Positions 1 through 10,470 of a DNA stretch of 64,000 nt are shown piece after piece. The DNA is from Candidatus Binatia bacterium (lineage in GTDB: Bacteria; Desulfobacterota; Binatia; Bin18): assembly GCA_963666315.2 (NCBI GenBank), contig CAXXHG010000043.1, positions 544,001 through 608,000 on the forward strand, read 5' to 3'. Numbering within the stretch: position 1 is the stretch's first letter; each line of letters begins with the position of its first letter. Both the position numbers and the translations under genes were made by a program. The notes beneath the pieces are model-generated. The model worked only from the letters and a program-made list of their open reading frames with translations. It did no database searches and had not been told where the DNA came from.

Positions 1-978
1 ACGCCAGGACGCAGCGCGGTCAAACGGGGTCCGGTTCACAAAACCAAACAGCACCCCAATTCCGCGCGTGGTGGACTGGGCAAAGATGCGTGCTCCGCGT
101 TTTGCGCTCTCGCTAATTTGGGCCAGCATGGACGCATACGCGGTTGGATGCGGTCGGCTCTGGGCCAGGCCAAATGTGACCGGCCGCCCGGTTGCTAGAC
201 TAACCTCAGTCATCCAATGCACTTCGCGTTGTAAATCTTCGGCGCGGCCACTGTCGATGCCGGGGGCCGCCTCGACCACGCCGCGTTTGAGATCTCCGAG
301 CGCACTGGTTATCCCCATTAACTCATCAAACTCGGCAAAGGTGCCGGGAACAGGCTGGCCTTCTGGGGTGCGGTGCAAGATAGTCCGTGAGGTAGAGAAC
401 CCGAGCGCGCCGCCCGAAATGGCTTCCGCCACAATGTCGCGCATGCGGCCAATTGCTTCCGGACTGGCCGGTTTATTCTCCAGGCTTTCTTCGCCCATCG
501 CCCAGTAGCGTACGGCACAGTGTCCGACCATGCCGCCGACGTTGACGCCCTTGGGCGTGCCGTCGAGGGCCCTGAGATATTCCCCATAGGTTTCCCACTT
601 CCACGGCATGCCCTCGGTGATGCTAGCGGCTGGAATGTCTTCAACCGACTCCATCAAATGAGCCAGATAGTCGCGATCTTCAGGATGGCAGGGGGCAAAG
701 GTTACACCGCAGTTACCCATGACGACTGAAGTCACGCCATGCCAGCACGAGGAGGAGACAGCCGGGTCCCACCATATCTGGGCATCTAAATGTGTATGGA
801 TGTCAACAAAACCCGGTGTGACGATCTTACCTTCGGCATCGATGGTCCGTTTTGCCGTATCCGTGACTTTTCCGATCGCAGCGATCCGGTCGCCCTGAAT
901 AGCGACATCCGCCTGGCGGCGTTGGCTGCCGGTGCCGTCAATGACGGTTCCGTTCTTGATTACAACATCATAGGCCAT
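1..978 (-). CDS. N-acyl-D-amino-acid deacylase (D-aminoacylase) family amidohydrolase, 3' end outside window
   Basis: Absent from the ORF track (no stop in window). Reverse strand from ATG 978 with GAGGAGG RBS reads MAYDVVIKNGTVIDGTGSQRRQADVAIQGDRIAAIG...IVTPGFVDIHTHLDAQIWWDP...HGVTSVVMGNCG. Confidence 0.9.
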   Translation of the reverse strand, partial: MAYDVVIKNGTVIDGTGSQRRQADVAIQGDRIAAIGKVTDTAKRTIDAEGKIVTPGFVDIHTHLDAQIWWDPAVSSSCWHGVTSVVMGNCGVTFAPCHPEDRDYLAHLMESVEDIPAASITEGMPWKWETYGEYLRALDGTPKGVNVGGMVGHCAVRYWAMGEESLENKPASPEAIGRMRDIVAEAISGGALGFSTSRTILHRTPEGQPVPGTFAEFDELMGITSALGDLKRGVVEAAPGIDSGRAEDLQREVHWMTEVSLATGRPVTFGLAQSRPHPTAYASMLAQISESAKRGARIFAQSTTRGIGVLFGFVNRTPFDRAASWR

Positions 979-1119
979 GCTTCCTCCTCGATCTTTATGA
1001 TCTCTTGGAGCAAAGGTTCATCTTATTGCCGCTCCACTTTGCGTAATCCAGGTGGGTGTGTCAATGATTCACCGCGAACTCCCGAATTCCCTCACCGCAT
1101 CGCCACGGCTTGCAGCGGC

Positions 1120-3062
1120 TTATAATCCGTCAAACCCTGAATACATTTCCGAATACCATCCTGCATGAGGGTAGTGAGGCCCTGGCTGCGGGCCATGCTG
1201 AGTAGCTCGGCGACTGGGGCGCGGGCGTGGGTCAGGCTTTTGATCTCGTCTGTGGCCACCAGGAGTTCATGGATGCCCCCCCGACCTGTATAGCTAGTCT
1301 AACCACAGACCTGGCAGCCTTTTCCCCGGACGAGCTGAAAGGTGTTATCGTAGGGAATGTTGAGCTGAGCAAAGGCGTCTTCACCGTAGCCATGTGCGAG
1401 CGCTTCGTATTCTTCTTTTGGCGGATGATACTGCTCCCTACAGTTCGCGCAGATGGAAATGCAGATAGACCCGTTCAATTTTGCGGACGCCTTGTTAGGG
1501 CTTTGGTTTTGCCCGAGCCAGTACGGGCGCCATACGGCTTGTCCAGTAGTTGTTTGAACCTGCGCAGGTTGTCCGGCGACATCTTGAGCTGATCCAAGGA
1601 CAGAGACTCGTGGGCGGTGAGGAGGTGTAAAACAACGCCCTCATTCCCCGTTCCTGCAGTAGGGATGGTTGCCACACGCAGCTCGATATCGCGGTCGGCG
1701 AGTCGGAATTGAATCCTTCCGTCCTGCGGTTTGCGCCGCTCGGCAATATCGAGCTGAGCCAGGGCTTTGATGCGCGAGATAATGGCTTGTCGGTTCCGCG
1801 GAGGCACCTGAAATTGTGTGTAACAGCTGCCGTCCTCACGGAACCGAACAACCGTTTCCAGCCCCTCTCCGTGTGGTTCGATATGGATATCTGAGGCACC
1901 GGCGTTATAGGCATCTGTGATGATTTGGTTCACCAGCCGAACGATGGCGCTGTCGTTCTCGTCCGCTTCTTCGAGGCTGTCTGCTGCGTCGTCTTCATCC
2001 TCAGCAACCAACTGGCCGAGAATGGCTGTTCGAGACTCATCCGAGGCAAGATCCGTGCTGACTGCATTGACGATCTTGAGAATGTCGTCTCTTAGCCCTA
2101 CCACATAGGTAATCTTTTTACCCGGAAAAAGGCGACGAATATCTTGCTGCTTATGAACATCGTGTGGAGCGTTAGTGAGAATTTCTACAACATCATCCGT
2201 TACCCGTATCGGAATCCAATACTTTGCTTTCAGGTAGCTTGGATTGATGCCCTGAATCAGGTCGGGAGCAATCTCAAGATGTTTACTGGCTTCGAGAAAC
2301 GCACATCGATAGAAGATGCCGGGCGCTTGCCCCAGGGCTCGTTTCGTCACTCCAAACATCTCCATCAGAATAGCTTCAACTGGTCTGTCGTGTGTCTGAG
2401 CTGCTGCTAACGCTTCTTCAAGCTGATGGCGCTTCAGACGCCGTGAAGTGAGGAGAAAGTCAAACTTTGTCCGGCGGGTTGCGACTTGAGTGTTGTTGTG
2501 GAGCGCAATACCAAGCGTGCGAGAGATTTCCTGGACTCTGTCCTCATCAGTCTGCGTGAAGCGGGGCGCACTTTTCTTGTTTGCGAGTTGAATAACGCCA
2601 TTAATCGCTTGATTCGTGTCGTCGATCGGTACGGTCAAAAGCTGTCTTGTGCGCACTCCCGCATTGGTGTCCCAGGAACGATCAAAGGCAAGCTGCCGGC
2701 TTACCTGGCCTAGGTCGTCGGTGGTATACGCATCAGTAATATTGATAGTTCGTTTATGCCGAGCGACAAAGCCGGCTACGCTCTGGTCGCTAATCTGAAT
2801 GCGGATCTCGCGGATCTTGTTAGCCTCCCGAGATCTGGAATAGAGTTCGCTTTTTCAGTATCGATAACGTAGGGTCTCAGACGTTCTGTATCAAACAGGC
2901 CGAGGATCTCAGCGCTGAATGAAACAAGGAGTTCATCGAGAGGTCGTGCGCGGCATGGATACGATTCGTGACTTCTTTTACTTGCTCGGCATAGTCTGCA
3001 CGAGCGCGTAGTGCGGAGAGCGAACTAGGTGCCGAGTTAGATGCCGAGTTTGCCTGAGCCAT
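1120..3062 (-). pseudogene. GAF-domain GspE/PilB type II/IV secretion ATPase, fragmented
   Basis: Pieces: N-terminus 2877..3062; GAF plus ASDIHIEP, LDIAERRKPQDGRI, ELRVATIPT and Walker A TGSGKT in 1475..2656; C-terminal GIHELLV...LTTLMQDGIRK near 1130-1280. The Walker B/His-box region is deleted and there are frameshifts. Confidence 0.85.
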
Positions 3063-3277
3063 GCGTTTCCTCCTCGTATTCTCCTTATGGATACGGGAGA
3101 TGATCGGAAAATTTGATTTTTCTACGGTTTTTAGTATTTAAAAACTATCCCTCCTACGTACCATACGGACTTCTGTCTCATCTCCTCCGGATCTCTTTTT
3201 GGACGCAGACGCTGCCCAGCTCGCTTGTTCGCGCCCAAGCCGGTGTGGTACACGAGAAACTCATGAATGAGGGACGC

Positions 3278-4813
3278 ATGAATTTGGTGCACCATTTTTG
3301 GAATCGCCTGTCTCAAGACGAAGACCGACTGCTTTTTGAGCGCTTAGAACCATCCGGGCAAGTGACCTGGCGTCAGACGCGTGGAGAGCTGCGGGCTGAA
3401 GCGTCCTGCTGGATGGCCGCGCTGCGTGCGGCGGGCATTCGGCCCGGTGATCGGGTTGCGCTGTCGCTGGGTAAATCAAGGGGTCTTGTCACTGCCCACC
3501 TGGCTGTGCTTGGCGTTGGGGCAGGGGTCGTGCCGCTTAATCCTGCTTTGTCTGCCGCAGAGACCCAAGCCGTGCTCAAGCAGGCAGACGTTCAACTCGC
3601 GATTACAACGGCGGCAACAGTGACTCGTACCCCGGAGATTGTGAAAGCCGTGTCCGGGCCGTGGTGGGTGGCCAGAGATGCGGAAGATCTTCCTGCGCAT
3701 ACGATCGCTCTGGATGAGGCGCTTGCCGGGCACCAGCCTGGCCCCGAGCCGACGACAGGCAGGGATGACGATTTAGCCTTGTTATTGTTTACGAGTGGAA
3801 CGACCGGACAACCCAAAGGCGTGGGCCTCACTCATCACAATATCGGGTCCAATCTGCAAGCGCTTTTGGTTGACACGTGGCGGATGAACGAAGACGACCG
3901 TCTCTTGCATGCGCTTCCGCCCCATCACCTGCATGGTTTGGGCCTGGGCTTATACGGGACGCTGTATGTTGGCAATGCGACTGTCTTGCTGGATCGATTC
4001 GATCCTGCCGTGGTCCTGCGTGCTCTGGCTCCGCATCGCATCAGCGTGTTTATGGGCGTGCCGACGATGTTCCATCGGATGGCCGAGATAGAGGGCGCCT
4101 TTTCTTTTGACTCCATGCGGCTGTTTATCTCGGGCTCAGCTCCGCTTTCGGCGGAAACCTTTCGTCGCTTTGAAGAGCAGTCCGGCTTCCGCATTGTCGA
4201 ACGCTACGGTTTGACAGAGACGGCCATTAATACGTCGAACCCCGTAGCGGGAGACCGGCGGCCCGGCACAGTGGGTAGAGCCCTGCCGGGGACCGATGTC
4301 GGCGTTTTTGACCCTCAGACCCAAGAACAACTACCGAACGGAGAAACGGGCGAGATCTGGGTGCGAGGTCCGAACGTGTTTAGCGGCTACTGGGACAATC
4401 CCGAGGCCACGGCTGCGGCCTTTTGCAATGACTGGTTCCGGACAGGAGATCTGGGTGTCTTGTCTGTGGATGGCTATGTATCAATCAGCGGCCGGATGAA
4501 AGAACTCATCATTGTTGGCGGAACAAACGTCACGCCGGGTGAAGTCGAAGTCGTCCTAGAAGCTGAACGTGGCGTGCGCGAATGTGCAGTAGCCGGCATC
4601 GCTGACGTTGACCTGGGCGAACGGGTTGCCGCCTTCGTCGTCCCAAAAGAAGGCGAAGATACTGCGAGACTCGAAGACCGGTTGCGCAGGCGCACGGAAC
4701 AGGATTTAGCTGCCTATAAGCGGCCGCGTCTGTATCGCTTTCTTTCAGAAATTCCGCGTAATGCCATGGGTAAGGTCGAGCGTGGAAAATTAAAAGATAT
4801 GGGGGATGTGTAG
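3278..4813 (+). CDS. Acyl-CoA synthetase, malonyl-CoA synthetase (MatB)-like
   Basis: FTSGTTGQPKG AMP-binding loop, ERYGLTE, WFRTGDLG, PRNAMGKV; start chosen from GAGGGA RBS. Confidence 0.88.
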   Translation: MNLVHHFWNRLSQDEDRLLFERLEPSGQVTWRQTRGELRAEASCWMAALRAAGIRPGDRVALSLGKSRGLVTAHLAVLGVGAGVVPLNPALSAAETQAVLKQADVQLAITTAATVTRTPEIVKAVSGPWWVARDAEDLPAHTIALDEALAGHQPGPEPTTGRDDDLALLLFTSGTTGQPKGVGLTHHNIGSNLQALLVDTWRMNEDDRLLHALPPHHLHGLGLGLYGTLYVGNATVLLDRFDPAVVLRALAPHRISVFMGVPTMFHRMAEIEGAFSFDSMRLFISGSAPLSAETFRRFEEQSGFRIVERYGLTETAINTSNPVAGDRRPGTVGRALPGTDVGVFDPQTQEQLPNGETGEIWVRGPNVFSGYWDNPEATAAAFCNDWFRTGDLGVLSVDGYVSISGRMKELIIVGGTNVTPGEVEVVLEAERGVRECAVAGIADVDLGERVAAFVVPKEGEDTARLEDRLRRRTEQDLAAYKRPRLYRFLSEIPRNAMGKVERGKLKDMGDV

Positions 4814-4888
4814 CATCACGAATGAACGTAGAGAGACGACCCCATATGGTTGTCCTTGCGCGCCATTATAGTTGAGAAAGGAATTGGC

Positions 4889-5740
4889 ATGAGACTCGTC
4901 ACGTATCAGCATAACAATACTCTCAGTACTGGAGTCCTGGCCGATGCCGGTGTCATCGACCTACCCGCCGCCTCTGGGGGAGCTGTGCCAGGTGATATGC
5001 TGGGCCTGCTGCAAGGCGGAGGGGCAGTTTTAGCGCAGGCTCAAGAAGCAGCTGGTACGGGTAGTCCCATCCCGTTGGCGGATATTCGGCTCAAAGCTCC
5101 AATTGCGAGGCCGGGGAAAATTCTGGGCATTGGATTAAACTATGCCGATCATGCACAAGAAGGTGGGCGAAAGAAACCGGACTATCCCCTGATTTTTGCC
5201 AAGACTGTTGCCGCTGCGATTGGCATCGGTGAGGCTATTCGTCTCCCTCGGGTCAGCCAGTGTGTTGATTTTGAAGGCGAGTTGGCCGTTGTCATTGGGA
5301 CACGGGCAAAAGACGTTACACCCTCAAACGCTTTTGACTATATTGCCGGCTATACGATATGCAACGATGTCAGCGCACGCGATTCCCAACGCCGCAGCAG
5401 TCATACCGCTGGGAAGTCCTTCGATACTTTTGCGCCCATGGGGCCGGCCATTGTGACGCGAGACGAACTGCCTGACCCGCACGTCTTGGATATTCGTACC
5501 CTGGTGAGTGGTGAGGAAATGCAACACTCCAACACGAAAAACTTGATCTTCAATATTCCCTATTTGATTGATTACCTGTCGCATATCTTTCCGCTTGAAC
5601 CGGGCGATGTGATTACCACCGGTACCCCGGCTGGGGTTGGCGCCTACCGTGAGCCGCCGCGTTTTCTCAAGGCTGGTGATACGGTCCGCATCGAGGTGGA
5701 CGGGATCGGCGTATTAGAGAATCCGGTTATGGCGTCGTGA
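4889..5740 (+). CDS. Fumarylacetoacetate hydrolase family protein
   Basis: GKILGIGLNYADH, DFEGELAVVIG, NDVSARD, GKSFDTFAPMGP, GDVITTGTPAGVG; AAAGGA RBS. Confidence 0.92.
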   Translation: MRLVTYQHNNTLSTGVLADAGVIDLPAASGGAVPGDMLGLLQGGGAVLAQAQEAAGTGSPIPLADIRLKAPIARPGKILGIGLNYADHAQEGGRKKPDYPLIFAKTVAAAIGIGEAIRLPRVSQCVDFEGELAVVIGTRAKDVTPSNAFDYIAGYTICNDVSARDSQRRSSHTAGKSFDTFAPMGPAIVTRDELPDPHVLDIRTLVSGEEMQHSNTKNLIFNIPYLIDYLSHIFPLEPGDVITTGTPAGVGAYREPPRFLKAGDTVRIEVDGIGVLENPVMAS

Positions 5741-5766
5741 TCTGTCAGTAAGGCAACAAGGATATT

Positions 5767-6438
5767 ATGAAAGGTAAAAAAACAGATCCAGCCGCATCGG
5801 CTGCTCACAATCCAGATCTTTCCTCTGGCCTCACCCGACGCTCATTTCTGAAAGGCGCCGGGGTTGGGACGGCCGGCCTGAGCGCGCTGCACTTCTCACC
5901 CCTTGTTACACAGGTGGAAGACAGACCCGAGATCCCGCCTCTACTCGGGCCGTCTCCCGTACCTGTGAGACTTGAGGTCAACGGCCGGACCTATACCGTC
6001 AACGTTGAACCTCGGCTGACCCTGGCCGACGTCTTACGTGATCATCTCGACCTGACCGGCACGAAAGTCATTTGTGACCGCGGGGCGTGCGGAGGCTGTA
6101 CCGTTCTGCTCGATAACGAGCCCGTTGTCTCGTGCATGCAGCTGGCCATTGCAGCGCAAGGCAAATCTATCCGAACGGTCGAAGGGTTAGCCCAGGGCGC
6201 AGAACAGCTTGATCCGCTGCAGGAGGCCTTTATTACCCATGACGCTCTGCAATGTGGTTTCTGTACACCCGGCATGCTGATGAGTTGTCGGGCGCTGCTG
6301 GATCGAACACGGCAACCCACGCTGGACGAAATAAAAACAGCCGTGAGCGGTAATCTGTGCCGGTGTGGAACCTATCCGCATGTGTTTGCGGCCGTGCTGG
6401 CAGCGTCGGGCCAAGAGCCGAATCTGGTGAAAGAATAA
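5767..6438 (+). CDS. Xanthine dehydrogenase family 2x[2Fe-2S] subunit with Tat signal (PaoA-like)
   Basis: TRRSFLKGAG twin-arginine motif; CDRGACGGCTV, QCGFCTPG, NLCRCG. Confidence 0.92.
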   Translation: MKGKKTDPAASAAHNPDLSSGLTRRSFLKGAGVGTAGLSALHFSPLVTQVEDRPEIPPLLGPSPVPVRLEVNGRTYTVNVEPRLTLADVLRDHLDLTGTKVICDRGACGGCTVLLDNEPVVSCMQLAIAAQGKSIRTVEGLAQGAEQLDPLQEAFITHDALQCGFCTPGMLMSCRALLDRTRQPTLDEIKTAVSGNLCRCGTYPHVFAAVLAASGQEPNLVKE

Positions 6439-6441
6439 AGC

Positions 6442-8835
6442 ATGGCGCGCAAAGTCACACTCCGGGTCGGCTACCAGAATAATCTCAGCTCAGAAACACG
6501 GACCATCCCGGATGACGAACCGTTGCCGTGGGATGCTACAACCGAACTCCGTGTTGTGGGGAAGCCGGTTCCGCGGGTTGATGCCCGCGCCAAGGTGACC
6601 GGCCAAGCAAAATACACGCATGACGTGAAGCTGCCGGGCATGTTGTATGGGGTAATTGTCCGTTCGCCATACGCCGCCGCTGGGATTCAGTCGATTGACA
6701 TAGCAGCGGCGGAAGACCTACCTGGCGTGCGTGCTGTCTATGTGCTGGACCGCAGACGTGTACGCTTTCAGGGGCATGAAGTGGCGGCCATTGCAGCCGA
6801 CACCCCAGAGCAAGCCGAGGATGCCGCGCGCGCGATTGAGGTTGCCTATGCGCCCGGCCCGTTTGTCGTAGATTTTGAGATGGCCATGCGCGCAGACGCA
6901 CCCGTCGTTATGGAGGGCGGGCGCGCAGCTGCAGGCGGTCGCGTCCGGGTCCAAGGCGGCATTCGACTCGTCGCCGCTGCCTGGGCGGACGACGGGCCAA
7001 AACAAAACAGCAATGTATTTGGGCCAGCCAAGCGATCCCTGTTTGGCTCAAATCGAGGCGACGTGCCCCATGCGGTCCAAATTGCCGATGAGGTTATTGA
7101 ACAAGAGTTCCGCACGCCTGTTCAAACCCATAGCTGTCTTGAGACGCATGCGGCGGTTGCCTACTGGGAAGCGGGTCGTCTGATTGTCCATTGCGGTGCA
7201 AAATCCGTCACCAAGGCCAGAGCCGAGCTGGCCGATTATTTCGGCCTGTCCCACACGCAGGTGCACGTCGTCAACACGTTTATTGGCGGGCATTTTGGAA
7301 CCAAGTCGTCCAGTCTGCCCTATGCGGCGCTTGCCGCGCGGCTGGCCAAACAAACTGGGCGACCGGTAAAGATCGCTCTCTCTCGCAAAGACGAACATTT
7401 GGTCGGTGGTAATCGGCCCCAGAACCGCATGCAGGTCCGCGTGGCGGGTATGCGTGACGGGACCCTGGCGGCCGTTGAGTTAACAAATTACGGCTCTGCC
7501 GGTGCGGGCTTTGGCGCTGGGGCGTCCGGGCCGTTTTTCAGCATCTATGACTGCGTGCATGTGCGTGCTGCCGATTACGATGTACTCATGAACACCGGCC
7601 CGAGCTGTGCGTTCCGGGCTCCAGGCCATCCCCAGGGTGCATTTGCTCTGGAAGTCGCGATTGACATGCTGTGCGCACGATTAGGCTATGACCCGGTTGA
7701 ATTCCGCCTCCGCAACAGTTGTGAACGTACCCCGTGGCGGGCCGAAGAGCTGCGGATTGGTGCCGAGCGTATGGGCTGGCACGACCGCCGAGACCCCATG
7801 CCGGCAGCACAAGACGGTCCGATCAAGCGCGGCATCGGAGTGGCTAATAGCGTCTGGTATAGCGTGTACAGTCCCGGGGCACAGGTCGAGGTCCAGGTGA
7901 ACAAGGACGGCAGCGTCATTGCCTTGACCAGCACCTCGGCACCTGGCGCCGGCTCACGCACGGTGATTGCTCAAGCGATTGCGGAAGAGCTGGGTTTGGA
8001 ACCGCATCAGATCGACGTACGTCTGTCGGATTCCGACTATCCGTACTCGCCAGCTCCAGGCGGCAGCAGGCTGACGTCGACCGTCACCCCGCCCGCGCGC
8101 CAGGCTGCCTACCGGGTCAAACAGAGACTCTTGTCCTATGCTGCGCGCAAACTTGAGGTAGGACCGGATACCCTGAGCCTTCAGCCTGGAGGCATGGTCG
8201 TATCGCAGTCCGGAAAACGGTTGACCTGGGCTGAAACTTGTGGCCTCCTGCCTGGAGGCAAGACGGTCGCCCTGGGCGAACGGGCTGAAGATTATAGCGG
8301 TCCGTCTGTGTCCTTCTCGCGCATCTCTATGGGCCAGGATCTGATAGCTGGCGTCCAGTTTGCCGAAGTCACGGTTGATGAGCGGATCGGCCAGGTGCGT
8401 GTTGACAAGATTGTCGCCGTTCAGGACTGTGGCCGCGTCTTCAATCCGCTGTTGGCGGAAAGCCAGCTCCAGGGTGGAATTATTAATGCCCTGAGCTTTG
8501 GTTTATTTGAGGAACGGGTGATGGACGGGCTGGAAGGCCGGATGCTGAATCCGGACTTTCTCTTCTATAAGATTGCCGGCCCACGTGAGATGCCGCAGCT
8601 TGATACGGTTTTCCTGAACGTATACCACGGGCAGACCAATACGGACGCCCGCAATTTGGGTGAGCCTGCCAAAGTTGCCACTATCGCAGCAGTGGTGAAC
8701 GCTATCTACAACGCCACGGGCGCGTGGGTCACACAACTGCCGATCACTCCAGGCCGTGTACTCGCTGCGCTTGCCGAGCGTGACCGTGCCTTAGAGGCGA
8801 ACGTCCGTGCGTCTAAAGCACGGGCCCGCGCATAG
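6442..8835 (+). CDS. Xanthine dehydrogenase family molybdopterin-binding subunit (PaoC-like)
   Basis: PRVDARAKVTG, GGHFGTK, AFRAPGHPQ, QDCGRVFNP, LGEP catalytic Glu. Confidence 0.92.
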   Translation: MARKVTLRVGYQNNLSSETRTIPDDEPLPWDATTELRVVGKPVPRVDARAKVTGQAKYTHDVKLPGMLYGVIVRSPYAAAGIQSIDIAAAEDLPGVRAVYVLDRRRVRFQGHEVAAIAADTPEQAEDAARAIEVAYAPGPFVVDFEMAMRADAPVVMEGGRAAAGGRVRVQGGIRLVAAAWADDGPKQNSNVFGPAKRSLFGSNRGDVPHAVQIADEVIEQEFRTPVQTHSCLETHAAVAYWEAGRLIVHCGAKSVTKARAELADYFGLSHTQVHVVNTFIGGHFGTKSSSLPYAALAARLAKQTGRPVKIALSRKDEHLVGGNRPQNRMQVRVAGMRDGTLAAVELTNYGSAGAGFGAGASGPFFSIYDCVHVRAADYDVLMNTGPSCAFRAPGHPQGAFALEVAIDMLCARLGYDPVEFRLRNSCERTPWRAEELRIGAERMGWHDRRDPMPAAQDGPIKRGIGVANSVWYSVYSPGAQVEVQVNKDGSVIALTSTSAPGAGSRTVIAQAIAEELGLEPHQIDVRLSDSDYPYSPAPGGSRLTSTVTPPARQAAYRVKQRLLSYAARKLEVGPDTLSLQPGGMVVSQSGKRLTWAETCGLLPGGKTVALGERAEDYSGPSVSFSRISMGQDLIAGVQFAEVTVDERIGQVRVDKIVAVQDCGRVFNPLLAESQLQGGIINALSFGLFEERVMDGLEGRMLNPDFLFYKIAGPREMPQLDTVFLNVYHGQTNTDARNLGEPAKVATIAAVVNAIYNATGAWVTQLPITPGRVLAALAERDRALEANVRASKARARA

Positions 8836-8855
8836 TGTAAAGTCAGGAGAAGCGG

Positions 8856-9902
8856 ATGCAGCGTTTTGCCTACACTCAGCCTCATACGCTTGCTGCCGCA
8901 ACCGCGGTGTTGGCCCAGTATCCAAATGGCACGATTAAGGCTGGTGGGGTGGATCTGCTCGATCTGCTCAAAGAGCGACTGGTCACTCCAGAAATAGTTG
9001 TTGATATTAGCCAGGTACCCGAGTGCCAGGGGATACGTCTTGACGCGGACACCGGAGCTTTACGTATCGGGAGTCTCACAACCTTTACCCAGCTTGCCGC
9101 CTCTGCTGTGGTCCAGGAGCAGTGGCCCGCGCTGGCCCAGGTCGCCGGTGGGGCAGCGACCCCGCAAATCAGAAATCAGGCTACTCTTGGTGGAAATCTG
9201 TGTCAGCGCCCACGCTGTTGGTATTTCCGGCAAGAGGATTATCCATGCCTCAAGAAAGGTGGCCAGCAGTGCTTTGCGCTGGAAGGCGACAATCGTTCTC
9301 ATGCGATCTTTGCTAACCAGACCTGCGCCATGACCCATCCCTCGGGCGCTGCCGTGCCCCTGTTGGCTTATGCGGCGTCTGTGCACGTCATTGATCCAAA
9401 AAAAGGCGGACAGGAGCGGCTGATTCCGCTTGCAGACTTTTTTCTCAGCCCGGAACAGGACGTACGGCGGGAAAATGTCTTGACCTCTGGCGAGGTCATC
9501 ACTGCCATTAGGGTGCCACGTCCGGCTCCAAAAACGGGCAGTGTCTATCTTAACCTGAAACACAAACAATCGTTTGACTGGCCTATAGTAGAAGCTGCCG
9601 TGGTCCTCGTGCCGTCGGCGCGCCAGTCCGACAGCCGGCCAGAAAATATTGTGCAAGAAGCGCATATCGTGCTTGGCTCGGTCGCTCCGACCCCTCTCCG
9701 CGCGGCGCGCGCAGAAGCGGTATTGCAAGGAAATCTGATTACTGAGGCGATTGCCGATCAGGCTGGACAGGCTGCAACACAAGGAGCGGCACCGCTTGCT
9801 CTGAATGGAGAAAAAATACCATTGCTTGCCGAGCTGGTGCGTCGAGCTGTACTCAAGGCAGCCGGCAAGTTTCCATATGCTGATGAGGTCATGTCGTTAT
9901 GA
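8856..9902 (+). CDS. Xanthine dehydrogenase family FAD-binding subunit with [4Fe-4S] motif (PaoB-like)
   Basis: KAGGVDLL, PQIRNQATLGGNLCQRPRCWYFR...C...C motif typical of PaoB/YagS. Confidence 0.92.
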   Translation: MQRFAYTQPHTLAAATAVLAQYPNGTIKAGGVDLLDLLKERLVTPEIVVDISQVPECQGIRLDADTGALRIGSLTTFTQLAASAVVQEQWPALAQVAGGAATPQIRNQATLGGNLCQRPRCWYFRQEDYPCLKKGGQQCFALEGDNRSHAIFANQTCAMTHPSGAAVPLLAYAASVHVIDPKKGGQERLIPLADFFLSPEQDVRRENVLTSGEVITAIRVPRPAPKTGSVYLNLKHKQSFDWPIVEAAVVLVPSARQSDSRPENIVQEAHIVLGSVAPTPLRAARAEAVLQGNLITEAIADQAGQAATQGAAPLALNGEKIPLLAELVRRAVLKAAGKFPYADEVMSL

Positions 9903-10129
9903 TTCGTAAGGACCAGATTGAGCTCACCCCGATGAGAGCTGCCGGGCATCCGTGTCGTTTCTTGCGCTCTCAGGGCGCCTTTCGTCTTGGACCAAGGGAG
10001 TATGATGAGTCTACACGGTTTTGGTGCGTCCGTTCCCTGGATGCGTGTGGCCCGGACGGAGTATCGGCCCATGCCGCGTGGTGTCAGGCCGGACGGGAGT
10101 GTTTCGAATCAGCGCCACTTGTCGTTTAG
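9899..10129 (+). CDS. Small Cys-rich hypothetical protein, last gene of the molybdoenzyme operon
   Basis: ATGA overlap with the FAD subunit stop; five Cys (HPCRF, FWCVRSLDACGPDG, WCQAGRECF). Confidence 0.65.
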   Translation: MIRKDQIELTPMRAAGHPCRFLRSQGAFRLGPREYDESTRFWCVRSLDACGPDGVSAHAAWCQAGRECFESAPLVV

Positions 10130-10228
10130 GCAAGAGGCGGGCTGCAGCGCGCGATGCATGCCTGGATGCTTTCCTATCGGGTTAAGCTTTGTGAAGTCCT
10201 CTTCTGAAAAACCGATACTTCTCGTGTT

Positions 10229-10470
10229 ATGAAAGATACAGACAAATCAAAAGCGCAACTCCTCCAAGAGCTTCAGCACCTACGCGGTCGCGTGACCGAA
10301 CGTGAAGCCGCCGAGGGCGCACGACAAGGGGCCGAGCAAACGCAGGCCCGGTTGCTCGCCATTCTTGAGGCGACGACTGACTTTATCGGCATTGCCGATG
10401 TCAACGGCCGCTCAATATATGTGAATAAGGCGGGCCGGCGTATGGTCGGCATGGGAGAGGACGAACCCGA
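10229..10470 (+). pseudogene. PAS-domain sensor N-terminal fragment
   Basis: MKDTDKSKAQLLQEL coiled coil, then AILEATTDFIGIADVNGRSIYVNKAGRRMVG; truncated by a junction with the putA remnant. Confidence 0.7.

Noticed and set aside
68-1125. Plus-strand ORFs 68..508, 520..729, 790..1125 and similar long antisense ORFs across the window
   Set aside because: They are shadows of recognisable opposite-strand genes, e.g. the D-aminoacylase on the minus strand.
6442-8835. Aerobic CO dehydrogenase CoxL
   Set aside because: Active-site loop is AFRAPG rather than AYxCSFR; S-L-M order and Tat signal fit PaoABC-type enzymes.
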